Origin: Methanosphaera stadtmanae DSM 3091
GTDB taxonomy: Archaea; Methanobacteriota; Methanobacteria; Methanobacteriales; Methanobacteriaceae
Reading direction: 5' to 3'
Assembly (NCBI RefSeq): GCF_000012545.1
Contig: NC_007681.1
Coordinates: 120,001-152,000, forward strand
Length of the DNA stretch: 32,000 nt
Numbering within the stretch: the stretch's first letter is position 1; every line of letters starts with the position of its first letter. Position numbers and translations under genes: made by a program. Of this stretch, positions 1 through 9,846 are shown piece by piece. Below the pieces are notes generated by a model. The model was not told where the DNA came from, searched no databases, and saw nothing but the letters and a program-made list of their open reading frames with translations.

Positions 1-297
1 ATGATATCTCAGGGATCTAAAGGAGTAATTAGTGTAGTGGCCAATATAATGCCTAATAAAACATCAACAATGGTAAATAATGCATTAAATGGAAATTATG
101 ATGAAGCAAGAACTTTATCAAATGAATTATTTAATTTAATGGATGTTCTATTTATTGAAGCAAGCCCAGCACCAACAAAAAGAGCACTTAACCTTATGGG
201 TATGGATGTTGGTGGACTTAGAATGCCAATAAATGAAATCTGTGATGAAAATGAAGTAATATTAAAAGAGATTCTTAAAGAAAATAACTTAATATAA
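1..297 (+). CDS. dapA: 4-hydroxy-tetrahydrodipicolinate synthase (DapA), C-terminal fragment; the gene starts upstream of the window
   Basis: The translation ...KGVISVVANIMP...FIEASPAPTKRALNLMGMDVGGLRMPI... has the typical DapA C-terminus. It lies 15 nt upstream of dapB in the same orientation. The ORF is open at the window edge. Confidence 0.8.
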   Translation: MISQGSKGVISVVANIMPNKTSTMVNNALNGNYDEARTLSNELFNLMDVLFIEASPAPTKRALNLMGMDVGGLRMPINEICDENEVILKEILKENNLI

Positions 298-312
298 AAA
301 GGAGTGTAATAC

Positions 313-1134
313 ATGATAAGAGTAGCAGTTACAGGTTGTGCAGGAAATATGGGTTCTAAAATCATTAAAACTGTACAAGCACAAGATAATATGGAAGTAG
401 TAATGGGAATAGAAATGCCAAATAGTCCTCTAGCAGGTAATGATTTAGGTCAACAAATAGGTTTAGGTCCAATGGGTGTGGAAATAATTGGTTCACAAGA
501 CTTAAAAACTGAATTAGAAAAAGTTAAACCAGATGTACTTGTTGACTTTACAATAGCTAAAGCAGCAGTAGAAACAGTTAAAATTTGTGCTGAATGTGGT
601 GTAAATGTTGTTGTTGGAACAACAGGATTAAATGATGAACAATTAGATGTCATGCATAAAGCTATTAAAGATAATGATATTAAAGCAGTTATTTCTCCAA
701 ACATGGCCACAGGAGTGAATGTATTCTTTGAAATTGTAGGACAAGTTGCAAAAATTTTAGGTAATGAATACGATGTTGAAATTGTAGAAGCACATCATCA
801 TAACAAACAAGATGCACCTTCTGGAACAGCAAAAAGAGCTGCAGAAATAGTAGCAGAAAATCTTAATCTAGATCTTAAGGAAAAAGCATGTTATGGCCGT
901 GAAGGTATGGTTGGTAAAAGACCAGAAAATGAAATTGGAATACATGCTGTACGTGGTGGAGATATTGTAGGAGATCATACTGTAATGTTCTGTGGTGATG
1001 GTGAAAGAATAGAAGTAATTCACAGAGCATCTACAAGACAAGCATTTGTAAATGGTGTAATTCGTGCAATTAACTACCAAAGTTCTAAACAAGATAAAAA
1101 TATTGCAGACATGTTTGATGTACTGGGATTATAA
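313..1134 (+). CDS. dapB: 4-hydroxy-tetrahydrodipicolinate reductase (DapB)
   Basis: N-terminal Rossmann motif VAVTGCAGNMGS. Signature EAHHxxKxDAPSGTA is present as VEAHHHNKQDAPSGTAKRAA. An RBS aaaggag lies upstream of the ATG. Confidence 0.9.
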   Translation: MIRVAVTGCAGNMGSKIIKTVQAQDNMEVVMGIEMPNSPLAGNDLGQQIGLGPMGVEIIGSQDLKTELEKVKPDVLVDFTIAKAAVETVKICAECGVNVVVGTTGLNDEQLDVMHKAIKDNDIKAVISPNMATGVNVFFEIVGQVAKILGNEYDVEIVEAHHHNKQDAPSGTAKRAAEIVAENLNLDLKEKACYGREGMVGKRPENEIGIHAVRGGDIVGDHTVMFCGDGERIEVIHRASTRQAFVNGVIRAINYQSSKQDKNIADMFDVLGL

Positions 1135-1149
1135 TAAGTAGGTGTTTTC

Positions 1150-2199
1150 ATGGTAAGAAATGTATGTGTACTTGGTGCAACTGGAATGGTAGGTCAACGT
1201 TTTATCCAGTTATTATCTCAAGTACCAGATTTTAATATAGTGAATGTAGCAGCTTCTGAGAAATCTGCTGGTAAAAGATATGAAGATGCTGTTACTTGGC
1301 ATCAAACAACTCCTATTCCTGAAGAAGTAAGGGATATGAGAATTGTTAATACGAATCCTGATGAGATTAGTGATGATGTAGACTTTGTATTTGCTTCTCT
1401 TCCTGCTCAGCTTGCAGAACCTGTAGAAGCAGCATTTGCAGAGAAATATATTGTTGCATCCAATGCTAGTGTAAATCGTATGAAAGAAAATATTCCACTA
1501 GTAATTCCGGAAGTTAATCCTGAACATCTTGAAATGATGGAGCTACAAAAGGATATTAATGGATGGGATGGATGTATTGTAACAAATCCAAATTGTTCAA
1601 CCATAGCATTAACTTTAACTTTAAAACCATTATTTGATAAATATACATTTAAAAGAGTTTCTGTAACTACTATGCAAGCTGTTAGTGGTGCTGGATACAA
1701 TGGTGTTCCATCAATGGGTATTGTGGATAATTTAATACCTTATATTGGCGGAGAAGAAGAAAAAATGCAATCTGAAACATTACATTTACTTGGAAAAGTC
1801 AATGGTGGGCTTGTAGATAGGGCAAATTTCCCATTAAGTGCTTCATGTAATAGGGTGGCTGTTGTTGATGGTCATACTGAATCAGTTTCAATAGAATTTG
1901 AGGAAGATATTACAGTAGATGATATTGAAAAAACATTATCTGAATTTAGAGGATTACCTCAAGAAAGAAATCTATCTTTTGCACCTAAACAACCTGTTAT
2001 TGTGAGAAAAGAGGAAGATAGACCTCAACCTCGTATGGATAGAGATGCAGGTCATGGTATGAGTGTATCTGTTGGTAGAGTAAGAGAAGATGTATTTGAT
2101 AATAGTTTCAAATATACTCTTGTTGGTCATAACACTATTCGTGGTGCTGCTGGAGCATCAATACTTAATGCTCAATTGATTTCTGAGTTATATTTATAG
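1150..2199 (+). CDS. asd: aspartate-semialdehyde dehydrogenase (archaeal type)
   Basis: N-terminal [12 protein letters not shown], active-site [10 protein letters not shown]-terminal [16 protein letters not shown]. It starts 15 nt after dapB. Confidence 0.9.
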   Translation: MVRNVCVLGATGMVGQRFIQLLSQVPDFNIVNVAASEKSAGKRYEDAVTWHQTTPIPEEVRDMRIVNTNPDEISDDVDFVFASLPAQLAEPVEAAFAEKYIVASNASVNRMKENIPLVIPEVNPEHLEMMELQKDINGWDGCIVTNPNCSTIALTLTLKPLFDKYTFKRVSVTTMQAVSGAGYNGVPSMGIVDNLIPYIGGEEEKMQSETLHLLGKVNGGLVDRANFPLSASCNRVAVVDGHTESVSIEFEEDITVDDIEKTLSEFRGLPQERNLSFAPKQPVIVRKEEDRPQPRMDRDAGHGMSVSVGRVREDVFDNSFKYTLVGHNTIRGAAGASILNAQLISELYL

Positions 2200-2769
2200 A
2201 TGAGTTTTCACTTTTTTTTCTTTTTTTGTGGTGTTGTCATGTCTTTATATTCTTTGGATTTGATGATTTTATATTTTTTTAATCATTTAATACACACACC
2301 TCTACTTGATAGTATCATGATATGTATTTCATATGGGGGACTGTTATATTTTGGATTGTTTGTTGCATTGTTGTTGTATTTATTTGGTGGTTTAAAAGGA
2401 AAAAGAGTATCTAAGATTCTTGTATGTTCACTTTTAGTTTCATTTTTTGTAATTGAAATTATTAAGTTAGGTGTTATGAGACCAAGACCATACGATGTTT
2501 TATCATCTCTTGTTGTTATTGGTCATGAATGGGATTATTCTTTTCCGTCAGGACATACTGTTAATATGACTGTTTTATCATATATTTTGGGTAAATCATA
2601 TGGACATCTTGATTTGTTTTTGATTTGTCCCTTAATTATTGGTATAACTAGATTGTATCTTGGCATGCATTATCCTTCAGATGTATTGGGAGCTTATATT
2701 ATTGGGTTATTATTGGCTTTTATTTGTTTTAATATATTCTCGAGGAGATTTAAAATTAATAATATTTAA
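2200..2769 (+). CDS. PAP2-family membrane phosphatase (undecaprenyl/dolichyl-pyrophosphate phosphatase-like)
   Basis: The three PAP2 motifs are visible: KLGVMRPRP, FPSGHT and TRLYLGMHYPSDV. There are several hydrophobic helices. The start is uncertain: the ATG at 2200 abuts the asd stop, and the first 13 codons are a T-run (FHFFFFFF). An ATG at 2239, preceded by gtggtg, is an alternative. Confidence 0.75.
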   Translation: MSFHFFFFFCGVVMSLYSLDLMILYFFNHLIHTPLLDSIMICISYGGLLYFGLFVALLLYLFGGLKGKRVSKILVCSLLVSFFVIEIIKLGVMRPRPYDVLSSLVVIGHEWDYSFPSGHTVNMTVLSYILGKSYGHLDLFLICPLIIGITRLYLGMHYPSDVLGAYIIGLLLAFICFNIFSRRFKINNI

Positions 2770-3197
2770 TCTATTATTTTCTTTTTAAAAATAGTTATTT
2801 TTTGGAATATTAAGAAATATGAGTTTAATAGAACTTTATTTATGAAATTAATTTTTATTTTTCTTCTATTCTAAGAATAATTTATGTTTTATTATTAATA
2901 AATGTTTTTATTTTTTGAGTATATTTTTTTATTAGTTATAAGGAATGTTTTAGTTTATTTTCTTTATTTAAACATTTTTACCTTTTTTTTAAGTAAATTT
3001 AAATGAATAGTTTTATTACTTGTATATCTTATTAAAATATTTTTAAACATTGATTTCTTTTTTCATGTTTTATTTTAAAAATTATATTAATAAATTCATA
3101 TTTGGTTATTATGTATAATCTTATGCTTTTTTTATTTTTTTTGTAATAATAATGAATACGCTTATATATAATTGTTTAAATCTTTAATTGTAGTTAA

Positions 3198-3229
3198 GTA
3201 GGTGGTATTTTAAGAAAATTACTCCCTAC
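3198..3229 (+). promoter_or_regulatory. imperfect 10-bp-stem hairpin in the leader of the MtaA-like gene
   Basis: GTAGGTGGTA (3198-3207) pairs with TACTCCCTAC (3220-3229) with one mismatch and one G-U, around a 12-nt loop. It lies between a TATA-like cgcttatatataa (about 3160-3172) and the start codon. Confidence 0.25.
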
Positions 3230-3266
3230 ATTAATGATATTAAGCAATAGGGGATAAGTGGTGACA

Positions 3267-4286
3267 ATGAATATAAATTATACAAAAAATCTTAGGGATG
3301 TATTAAATGGTAAAAAAACTGATATTGCTCCAGTAGTAACAGTAACTCAGTCAGGGATATTAGATGCAATGGAAAGAACAGGAACCTCATGGCCTCAAGC
3401 ACATGAAAATCCAGAACAAATGGCAACACTTGGAGCTTCATTATATGAACTTGCCAGATTAGAAGATGCTAAAATTCCATTTTGTCTAGCAGTTGAAGCA
3501 GAATCAATGGGTTGTGAAGTTGACTTAGGTTATGGTGGAAGAACACCAGAGGTTGTAAAATCCCCATTTGAAAAACCTGAAGATATTGAAATACCTGATA
3601 ACTTTGAAACATCTGGACGTATACCTGTTATATGTGAAGCAGTTGAAATATTACATGAGCGATATGATAACCTACCAGTATGTGTTGGAATAACAGGTCC
3701 ATTTACAGTGGCAGGTCATTTAATAGGAGTTGAAGATATTCTTAAAATGATTAACTTGGATTTATTTGCAGTAGAGGATGCAATAGAAATAGCAGCAGAA
3801 GCAGTTTCAGCATATATTAAACAGTTAAATGAAGTTAAACCTGAAGTTATATGTGTGGCAGATCCAACTTCATCTGGTGATTTACTTAGTCCGCTGGATT
3901 TTGCACAACTATCAGTACCTGCATTAGAGGATATTCAGGAAGTTATGAAATCACAAAATGTACTACATATTTGTGGTCATACAGCAGGTATACTTAAGGA
4001 CATGCTTAGTTGTGGATATAATGGTATAAGTATTGAAGAAGCTGTTGATATGAGGTATGCTCAGAAAGTTAAACATGAACTTGGAGATAAAACACAGGTT
4101 TGTGGAAATATATCTACAAGTAAAACTCTATTTAGGGGAACTCCTGAAGAAGTAAGAGGGGAAGTATTGGAAGCATTAGAAAAAGGAGTTGATGTAGTAG
4201 CTCCTAGTTGTGGTATAGCAGCAAGTAGTCCTTTAGAAAATATACAAGCAATGGTTAATGCCCGTAATGAATTCTTTGGAATATAA
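3267..4286 (+). CDS. mtaA: methylcobamide:CoM methyltransferase, MtaA/MtbA-like (uroporphyrinogen decarboxylase family)
   Basis: URO-D-fold family features. Zn-ligand pattern H-x-C (VLHICGHT) plus a distal Cys (VAPSCGIA), as in MtaA. The N-terminus is like MtaA (..LNGKKTDIAPVV..). The track ORF begins at GTG 3258; the ATG at 3267 is preferred. Confidence 0.7.
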   Translation: MNINYTKNLRDVLNGKKTDIAPVVTVTQSGILDAMERTGTSWPQAHENPEQMATLGASLYELARLEDAKIPFCLAVEAESMGCEVDLGYGGRTPEVVKSPFEKPEDIEIPDNFETSGRIPVICEAVEILHERYDNLPVCVGITGPFTVAGHLIGVEDILKMINLDLFAVEDAIEIAAEAVSAYIKQLNEVKPEVICVADPTSSGDLLSPLDFAQLSVPALEDIQEVMKSQNVLHICGHTAGILKDMLSCGYNGISIEEAVDMRYAQKVKHELGDKTQVCGNISTSKTLFRGTPEEVRGEVLEALEKGVDVVAPSCGIAASSPLENIQAMVNARNEFFGI

Positions 4287-4455
4287 TCATTCTTCTTTAT
4301 TTTTATTTTTTTTCCTGTTTTTCATATATAGTATATGGAATTTATGTAACTTTTTTTTGGATAATATGTATGTTTTAATTTTTCTATTTAAGTCTCTTTC
4401 ATTAAAAGAAAAAACTTTAAAAGTTTAAATTTAATATATATAACTAGTGATCACA

Positions 4456-7400
4456 ATGGCGTTTTTAAAGGATGTAGAATCAGAAGAGTTGAGAGAATTA
4501 GTAAAATCTTGTTTTAAAGAAATAAATACTCTTAAAGAACAATTAAACGATGAAAATAAGGATATTAAATCAAATAAAGTAGTTAAAAATGTACTAATAC
4601 AATCAGAATCAAATAATACTAATCTTCAAGCAAAAATAAATGAACTAACAGATAAAGTACATAAACAGGACACTTATTTAAAAGAAAAGGAACTTGAATT
4701 ACAAGAAATGGAAACTAGACTAAAAGAAAAGGATTTGCAAATTAAAGAAGTAGAATCTCAAAATTCTGGAAGTTCTTTAAATGAAATGGTTTTGTCAAAA
4801 TATGAAAATCAAATAAAAGCATTGGAAGATAAAATTCAAACACAAAAAACTACCATCTCAGAACTTGAAGAAGCAGCTAATAATTCAAATGATTATCTTG
4901 CAGAAATTAATCGTCTAAAAGAAGAAAAATCATTATTACAGAGTGAATCTTCACAGACAGAAGTAAATCAATTAAAATCAATTATTGAAAAACAAACTGT
5001 TGAATTAAAAGAGATTCCTATCTTAAAAAATCAATTAACAATGGAAGTATCCTCAAGAGATCAAAAAATAAAGAAATATGAGGAAGAAATTGATTTATTA
5101 AATGAAAAACTCGGAGAAAATGAAGATGTAAGTAGTATTAAGGAAGATTTAATTCAAAAAGAAGATGAAATTTCAAAGTATAAATTAGAAATTTTACAAT
5201 TTGAAAAACAAGTAGCTGCCCTTAAAGAAAATAGTTCAGAGGATAAATCAGAGGATTTAACAGCACAAATCACTGATTTAGAGTCTAAAATAGCATTTTT
5301 AGAACATGAGAATAACAGTCTAAGAGAAGGTAATGTAACATCTGATAAACAAGGATTAGACTCTTTAATTGAAGATATTACAAAAAAATCTAATGAATTA
5401 ATAGATTTAAGATCTAAATATCAGCGTTTACAAGATACAAATAAGATAAATGAATTTAAGATAATTGAATTAGAAAATGAAAACGCCAAATTAAATGAGT
5501 CAATTGATCTTAAGGAATCTGATGTATCAGAAACTGTTGACCTTGAATTAATCAGTGAAAACAAGGAACTTAAAAATACTCTCTTAGAAAAAGAACAATT
5601 ATTATCACAAAGTGAAAATGAAGTTAATCTATTAAAAAACACAATACTTAAGAATCAAACAGAAGTAGATGATTTATCTGAGAAATTAGCACAATCTCGA
5701 GAAGATGTCACAACTTTAAATAACAAATTACAAGATAGTCAGCTAAAAGTAGGTGATTTGAATGATGATGTTTTAAAACTCAAATCTTTAGAAAAAACTA
5801 TTGAATTAAAAGATATGGATTATTCTAAATTAGAGGATAAATATCAACAATTAAAAGATAATTATGATAATTTAGAAAAATCTCAAGTAGATGTTGATGA
5901 ATTATCTTCTCTTAAAGAACAAGTAAATGAAAAGGATTTAAATATTAGATCTTTAACATCTCAAAATGAAGCATCTGAATCAAAAATAGCTGAACTTGAA
6001 AAAACATTAACAACTCGTGATAATGAAATATCTGAACTTAAATCAGAACTTGATTCTTTTGACTTTAGTAAAAAAGAATCAGAAATAAATAATGCTACAA
6101 ATCAAGAAATTAAATCTATTAAGAAAGAATTATATACTAAAGATGCTGAATTTGATAAATTAAAACTAGATTATAATCAATTACGTAAAAATTCATCTAA
6201 ACAAATAAATGAATTAAATGAAGCTCTAGATAAATTTACAAATGAAAATGAGAAGATACTTACTGAAAAGAAATATCTTGAAGATTCCCTGGATAGTAAA
6301 AATTCCTTACTTAATAAATTAGAACAAGAAAATAATTCATTAAATCTTATTATTAAAGATAAAGATTCAAATTATAACGTTCTTAAGAAGAAATTCCAAG
6401 AAATCAAAAGAAATAATGAAGAACAAATAAATCTTCTTAAACAAGATGTTCAAGATAAAAATGATAAAATTGCAGCATTACCTCAGAAACTTGAATTAAA
6501 GGATATTGAGATTTCTCAATTAAATAAAATAGTTAAATCTCATGAAAATGATGTTTTATCTAAAAATAATGAAATTAAGACTTTAAGAAATAAAGTTCAG
6601 GAATCTCGTGAAGTAATAAAACAATTGAATGATAAATTATCTGAAAATTCTGTGGTTATTGATGAAAAAATACGTTCTAAAGAAGATGAAATATTTAAAT
6701 TGAAAGATAACTTTAAAAATAGTGTTAATGAAAAAGATGAAGAAATAAGTAGATTAAAATCATTATTAAGTCAAAGAAATTATAAAATTGATGAATTAAC
6801 AGAGAATGTAGGTTCATTAAATCATGACTTGGAAGTGTTATCCTTTAAATTTGAAGATAATAAGGAACAATTCAATAAATGTGAGGAAATAATTCAGGCA
6901 AAAGACGATGTTATTTCTAAAAAAGATGAATTAATTGAAGATATTAATCAGCAAATTAATAGATTAGAAAATAAAATAAAACTTAAAAATGATGATATTG
7001 AAGAATTAAACGATGATTTATCTAAAAAAGATACATTAATATCTAATCTTAAAGAAGAAATTTCCGAATCTAATCTTAAATTAAATAAATTAGATGATCT
7101 TTCAAGTCAAATAAAAGAGAATGATACTTTAATTGAAAAATTAAATGATGAATTAGCACTTAAAGAACAAGAAGTACAAGAAAATGTAAGGGAATTGGAT
7201 ACAGATAAATCACATATAACTGAACTTAAAGAACTTATTGAACGTAAAAATAAGGATATTGAAGATCATAAGAAATTATTATCTGAGAAAAATACTCAAT
7301 TACTCGAATTTAAAGATTTAAAACCACGTATAAATGAGTTAGAAGTTGAAAAATCTGATATGATGGCTAATTATCAACAACAAATCACATCTTTAAATGC

Positions 7401-7770
7401 TGATTTGGAAAAAGCTCAGTTATTTAAAACAGAAAATGAGAAGAAAATTGAACAAATTAGTCAATTAAAAGAACAACTTAATGATAAAGATGCACAAATT
7501 GCAAGTTATGAACAGTATAAAAAGTACTTTGATGTATTAGTAGCAAAACCATTACCTAGTTTAACAAGTTTCCAATCACAAATATATCGCTTGTTACCTG
7601 ATGCTATGAGTGCTACTGAATTGTATAATTATATTGTAGATTTAGGTTTCATTGCACTTGAGAAGGAAAACTTTGCAAAAACACTTAAAGCACTTGAAAA
7701 ACGTGGATATTATCAACGTGCCCGTGATGGAGATAAAATCATATGGGTAAAAATTGGTGAAGATAAATAA
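4456..7770 (+). CDS. giant coiled-coil protein (about 1104 aa) with a C-terminal winged-helix-like domain; function unknown
   Basis: About 1000 residues of E/K/L/N/Q-rich heptad-like sequence with no Walker A/B or other catalytic motif. The last ~80 aa (SFQSQIYRLL..MSATELYNYIVDLG..FAKTLKALEKRGYYQRARDGDKIIWVKI) look like H1-H2-H3 plus a wing. The track start is GTG 4447; ATG 4456 is preferred. Confidence 0.8.
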   Translation: MAFLKDVESEELRELVKSCFKEINTLKEQLNDENKDIKSNKVVKNVLIQSESNNTNLQAKINELTDKVHKQDTYLKEKELELQEMETRLKEKDLQIKEVESQNSGSSLNEMVLSKYENQIKALEDKIQTQKTTISELEEAANNSNDYLAEINRLKEEKSLLQSESSQTEVNQLKSIIEKQTVELKEIPILKNQLTMEVSSRDQKIKKYEEEIDLLNEKLGENEDVSSIKEDLIQKEDEISKYKLEILQFEKQVAALKENSSEDKSEDLTAQITDLESKIAFLEHENNSLREGNVTSDKQGLDSLIEDITKKSNELIDLRSKYQRLQDTNKINEFKIIELENENAKLNESIDLKESDVSETVDLELISENKELKNTLLEKEQLLSQSENEVNLLKNTILKNQTEVDDLSEKLAQSREDVTTLNNKLQDSQLKVGDLNDDVLKLKSLEKTIELKDMDYSKLEDKYQQLKDNYDNLEKSQVDVDELSSLKEQVNEKDLNIRSLTSQNEASESKIAELEKTLTTRDNEISELKSELDSFDFSKKESEINNATNQEIKSIKKELYTKDAEFDKLKLDYNQLRKNSSKQINELNEALDKFTNENEKILTEKKYLEDSLDSKNSLLNKLEQENNSLNLIIKDKDSNYNVLKKKFQEIKRNNEEQINLLKQDVQDKNDKIAALPQKLELKDIEISQLNKIVKSHENDVLSKNNEIKTLRNKVQESREVIKQLNDKLSENSVVIDEKIRSKEDEIFKLKDNFKNSVNEKDEEISRLKSLLSQRNYKIDELTENVGSLNHDLEVLSFKFEDNKEQFNKCEEIIQAKDDVISKKDELIEDINQQINRLENKIKLKNDDIEELNDDLSKKDTLISNLKEEISESNLKLNKLDDLSSQIKENDTLIEKLNDELALKEQEVQENVRELDTDKSHITELKELIERKNKDIEDHKKLLSEKNTQLLEFKDLKPRINELEVEKSDMMANYQQQITSLNADLEKAQLFKTENEKKIEQISQLKEQLNDKDAQIASYEQYKKYFDVLVAKPLPSLTSFQSQIYRLLPDAMSATELYNYIVDLGFIALEKENFAKTLKALEKRGYYQRARDGDKIIWVKIGEDK

Positions 7771-7881
7771 TAATTATTCTTCTTTTTATCATCTTTTTTT
7801 TATTTAATTTACTTATCTGTTGTTTTAATGTATTTTTTGATTGTTTTATATTTTTCTGTATGTTATACAGAATAATACCAC

Positions 7882-7896
7882 AAAGTATTTATATAA
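7882..7896 (+). promoter_or_regulatory. candidate BRE/TATA promoter of thermosome gene 1 (AAAGTATTTATATAA)
   Basis: This matches the archaeal BRE/TATA consensus (AAAnnTTTATATA). The identical 15-mer occurs upstream of the second thermosome gene at 28342-28356. Both copies are followed 4 nt later by AAAC(A)CCC. Confidence 0.5.
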
Positions 7897-8036
7897 GATT
7901 AAACCCATTTATGAATATAGACTGATTATAAAAATTTATATTTTAATGAAAACTAATTTAAACTAAAAAAATTGAAAAAATATGGATTACATCCATAATT
8001 TAATATTAACAATATAATTTAATAGAGGTAATATAT

Positions 8037-9653
8037 ATGGCACAACAACAACAACCTTTAATTATCTTACCTGAAGGAACAACAAGAAACTTAGGTAGAG
8101 ATGCACAAAGAAATAATATTTTAGCTGGAAAAGTTTTAGCAGAAACAGTAAGAACAACACTTGGTCCTAAAGGTATGGACAAAATGTTAGTAGACGGTCT
8201 TGGAGACATAGTTGTAACAAACGACGGTGTAACAATCCTTAAAGAAATGGATATTGAACACCCAGCAGCAAAAATGTTAGTAGAAGTAGCAAAAACACAA
8301 GAAGACGAAGTTGGAGATGGAACAACAACAGCTGTAATAATTGCTGGTGAATTACTCAAAAGATCAGAAGAATTATTAGACCAAGAAATCCACCCAACAA
8401 TCATTGCATTAGGATACAGACAAGCAGCTCAAAAAGCAATAGAATTATTAGATCAAATATCCATTGATGCTGATGATAAAGACACTCTTCTAAAAGTTGC
8501 AATGACAGCAATGACAGGAAAAGGAACAGAAAAAGCAAGAGAACCATTAGCAGAACTTATTGTAGGGGCAGTAAGTCAAGTAGTTGAAGATGGTAAAGTA
8601 GATTCAGAACAAATAAAAATTGAATCTAAAGATGGAGCAGCTATTGAAGATTCAGAATTAGTATCTGGAGTAATCATAGACAAAGAAAAAGTACATCCTG
8701 GTATGCCATCAGAAATAAATGGTGCAAAAATTGCATTAGTTAACAGTGCAATAGAAGTAAAAGAAACAGAAGTAGATGCAGAAATAAGAATTACTGACCC
8801 AGCACAAATGCAAGCATTCATTGAACAAGAAGAAAACATGATTAAAGAAATGGTTGATGAATTAGTAGCAGCTGGAGCAAATGTATTATTCTGTCAAAAA
8901 GGTATCGATGACTTAGCACAACACTACTTATCCAAAGCAGGTATATTAGCAACAAGAAGAGTTAAAAAATCTGACATGGAAAAATTAGCAAAAGCAACTG
9001 GTGCAAAAATCGTAACAAACATCGAAGATTTATCTGCAGACGACCTTGGAGATGCAGGATTAGTAGCTGAAGATAAAGTATCTGGTGATGACATGATCTT
9101 TGTAAAAGAATGTAAAGATCCAAAAGCAGTAACTTTATTATTAAGAGGTTCCACTTCCCACGTAGTAGATGAAATTGAAAGAGCAGTAGAAGATGCAATA
9201 GGAGTAGTAGCTTCCACAGTAGAAGACGGTAAAGTTGTTGTTGGTGGAGGAGCTCCAGAAATAGCAATTGCAAAAGGATTAAAAGACTACGCAGAAACAA
9301 TAAGTGGAAGAGAACAATTAGCAGTAACTGCATTTGCAGAAGCATTAGAAGTAGTTCCAAGAACACTTGCAGAAAATGCAGGTCTCGACAGTATTGACTC
9401 CTTAGTAGATTTAAGAGCAGCTCACGAAGATTCAATATACATGGGATTAAATGTATTTGAAGGTGGAGTAACTGACATGAAAGAAGCAGGAGTTATTGAA
9501 CCTCAAAGAGTTAAAAAACAAGCTATACAATCTGCAGCAGAAGCAGCTGAAATGATCTTAAGAATCGATGATGTAATAGCATCCTCAAGTCAAGGTGCAG
9601 CAGCTGGAGCACCAGCACCTGATATGGGTATGGGCGGAATGCCTCCAATGTAA
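8037..9653 (+). CDS. thermosome subunit (group II chaperonin, Cpn60/TCP-1 family)
   Basis: Motifs [28 protein letters not shown], and a C-terminal GGMPPM-type Gly/Met tail. An RBS agaggt precedes the ATG. Confidence 0.95.
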   Translation: MAQQQQPLIILPEGTTRNLGRDAQRNNILAGKVLAETVRTTLGPKGMDKMLVDGLGDIVVTNDGVTILKEMDIEHPAAKMLVEVAKTQEDEVGDGTTTAVIIAGELLKRSEELLDQEIHPTIIALGYRQAAQKAIELLDQISIDADDKDTLLKVAMTAMTGKGTEKAREPLAELIVGAVSQVVEDGKVDSEQIKIESKDGAAIEDSELVSGVIIDKEKVHPGMPSEINGAKIALVNSAIEVKETEVDAEIRITDPAQMQAFIEQEENMIKEMVDELVAAGANVLFCQKGIDDLAQHYLSKAGILATRRVKKSDMEKLAKATGAKIVTNIEDLSADDLGDAGLVAEDKVSGDDMIFVKECKDPKAVTLLLRGSTSHVVDEIERAVEDAIGVVASTVEDGKVVVGGGAPEIAIAKGLKDYAETISGREQLAVTAFAEALEVVPRTLAENAGLDSIDSLVDLRAAHEDSIYMGLNVFEGGVTDMKEAGVIEPQRVKKQAIQSAAEAAEMILRIDDVIASSSQGAAAGAPAPDMGMGGMPPM

Positions 9654-9724
9654 ATATAGATTATAATCTATATTAGTTAAATTACCTATGAGTTAGAGAG
9701 ATATATTAGTCTCTATAAGGATTG

Positions 9725-9757
9725 GTTCATGATAGACTCATGAACTTACTTTTTTTT
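9725..9757 (+). terminator. hairpin plus T-run terminator after thermosome gene 1
   Basis: GTTCATGA (9725-9732), TAGAC loop, TCATGAAC (9738-9745), then ttacTTTTTTTT. It is preceded by a 20-bp perfect AT palindrome (9654-9673) directly after the stop codon. Confidence 0.55.
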
Positions 9758-9846
9758 ATTTTAATTTACATAACATTATATTTTATTTTTAACAGATTAC
9801 AATTATAAGAAAAAGCTTTTGAATTTAATTTTTTAAGGGGAGTTTT

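Noticed and set aside
5421-5642. A minus-strand 73-aa ORF inside the coiled-coil gene.
   Set aside because: It is the antisense of repetitive GAA/AAA/TTA-rich codons, with no independent support.
8962-9435. 157-aa Leu-rich ORF antisense to thermosome gene 1. Similar antisense ORFs occur at 8006-8404, 8576-8839, 8924-9217, 28814-29080, 29175-29369 and 29745-30212.
   Set aside because: These are low-complexity translations (poly-L/Q/F) produced by reading GAA/AAG/GCA-rich thermosome codons backwards. They have no RBS and lie fully inside strongly supported genes.
9654-9673. A 20-bp perfect palindrome ATATAGATTATAATCTATAT directly after the thermosome stop codon, considered as a protein-binding site.
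   Set aside because: It consists almost only of A/T in a genome where such palindromes arise readily. It is more simply part of the terminator region together with the stronger hairpin at 9725-9745.
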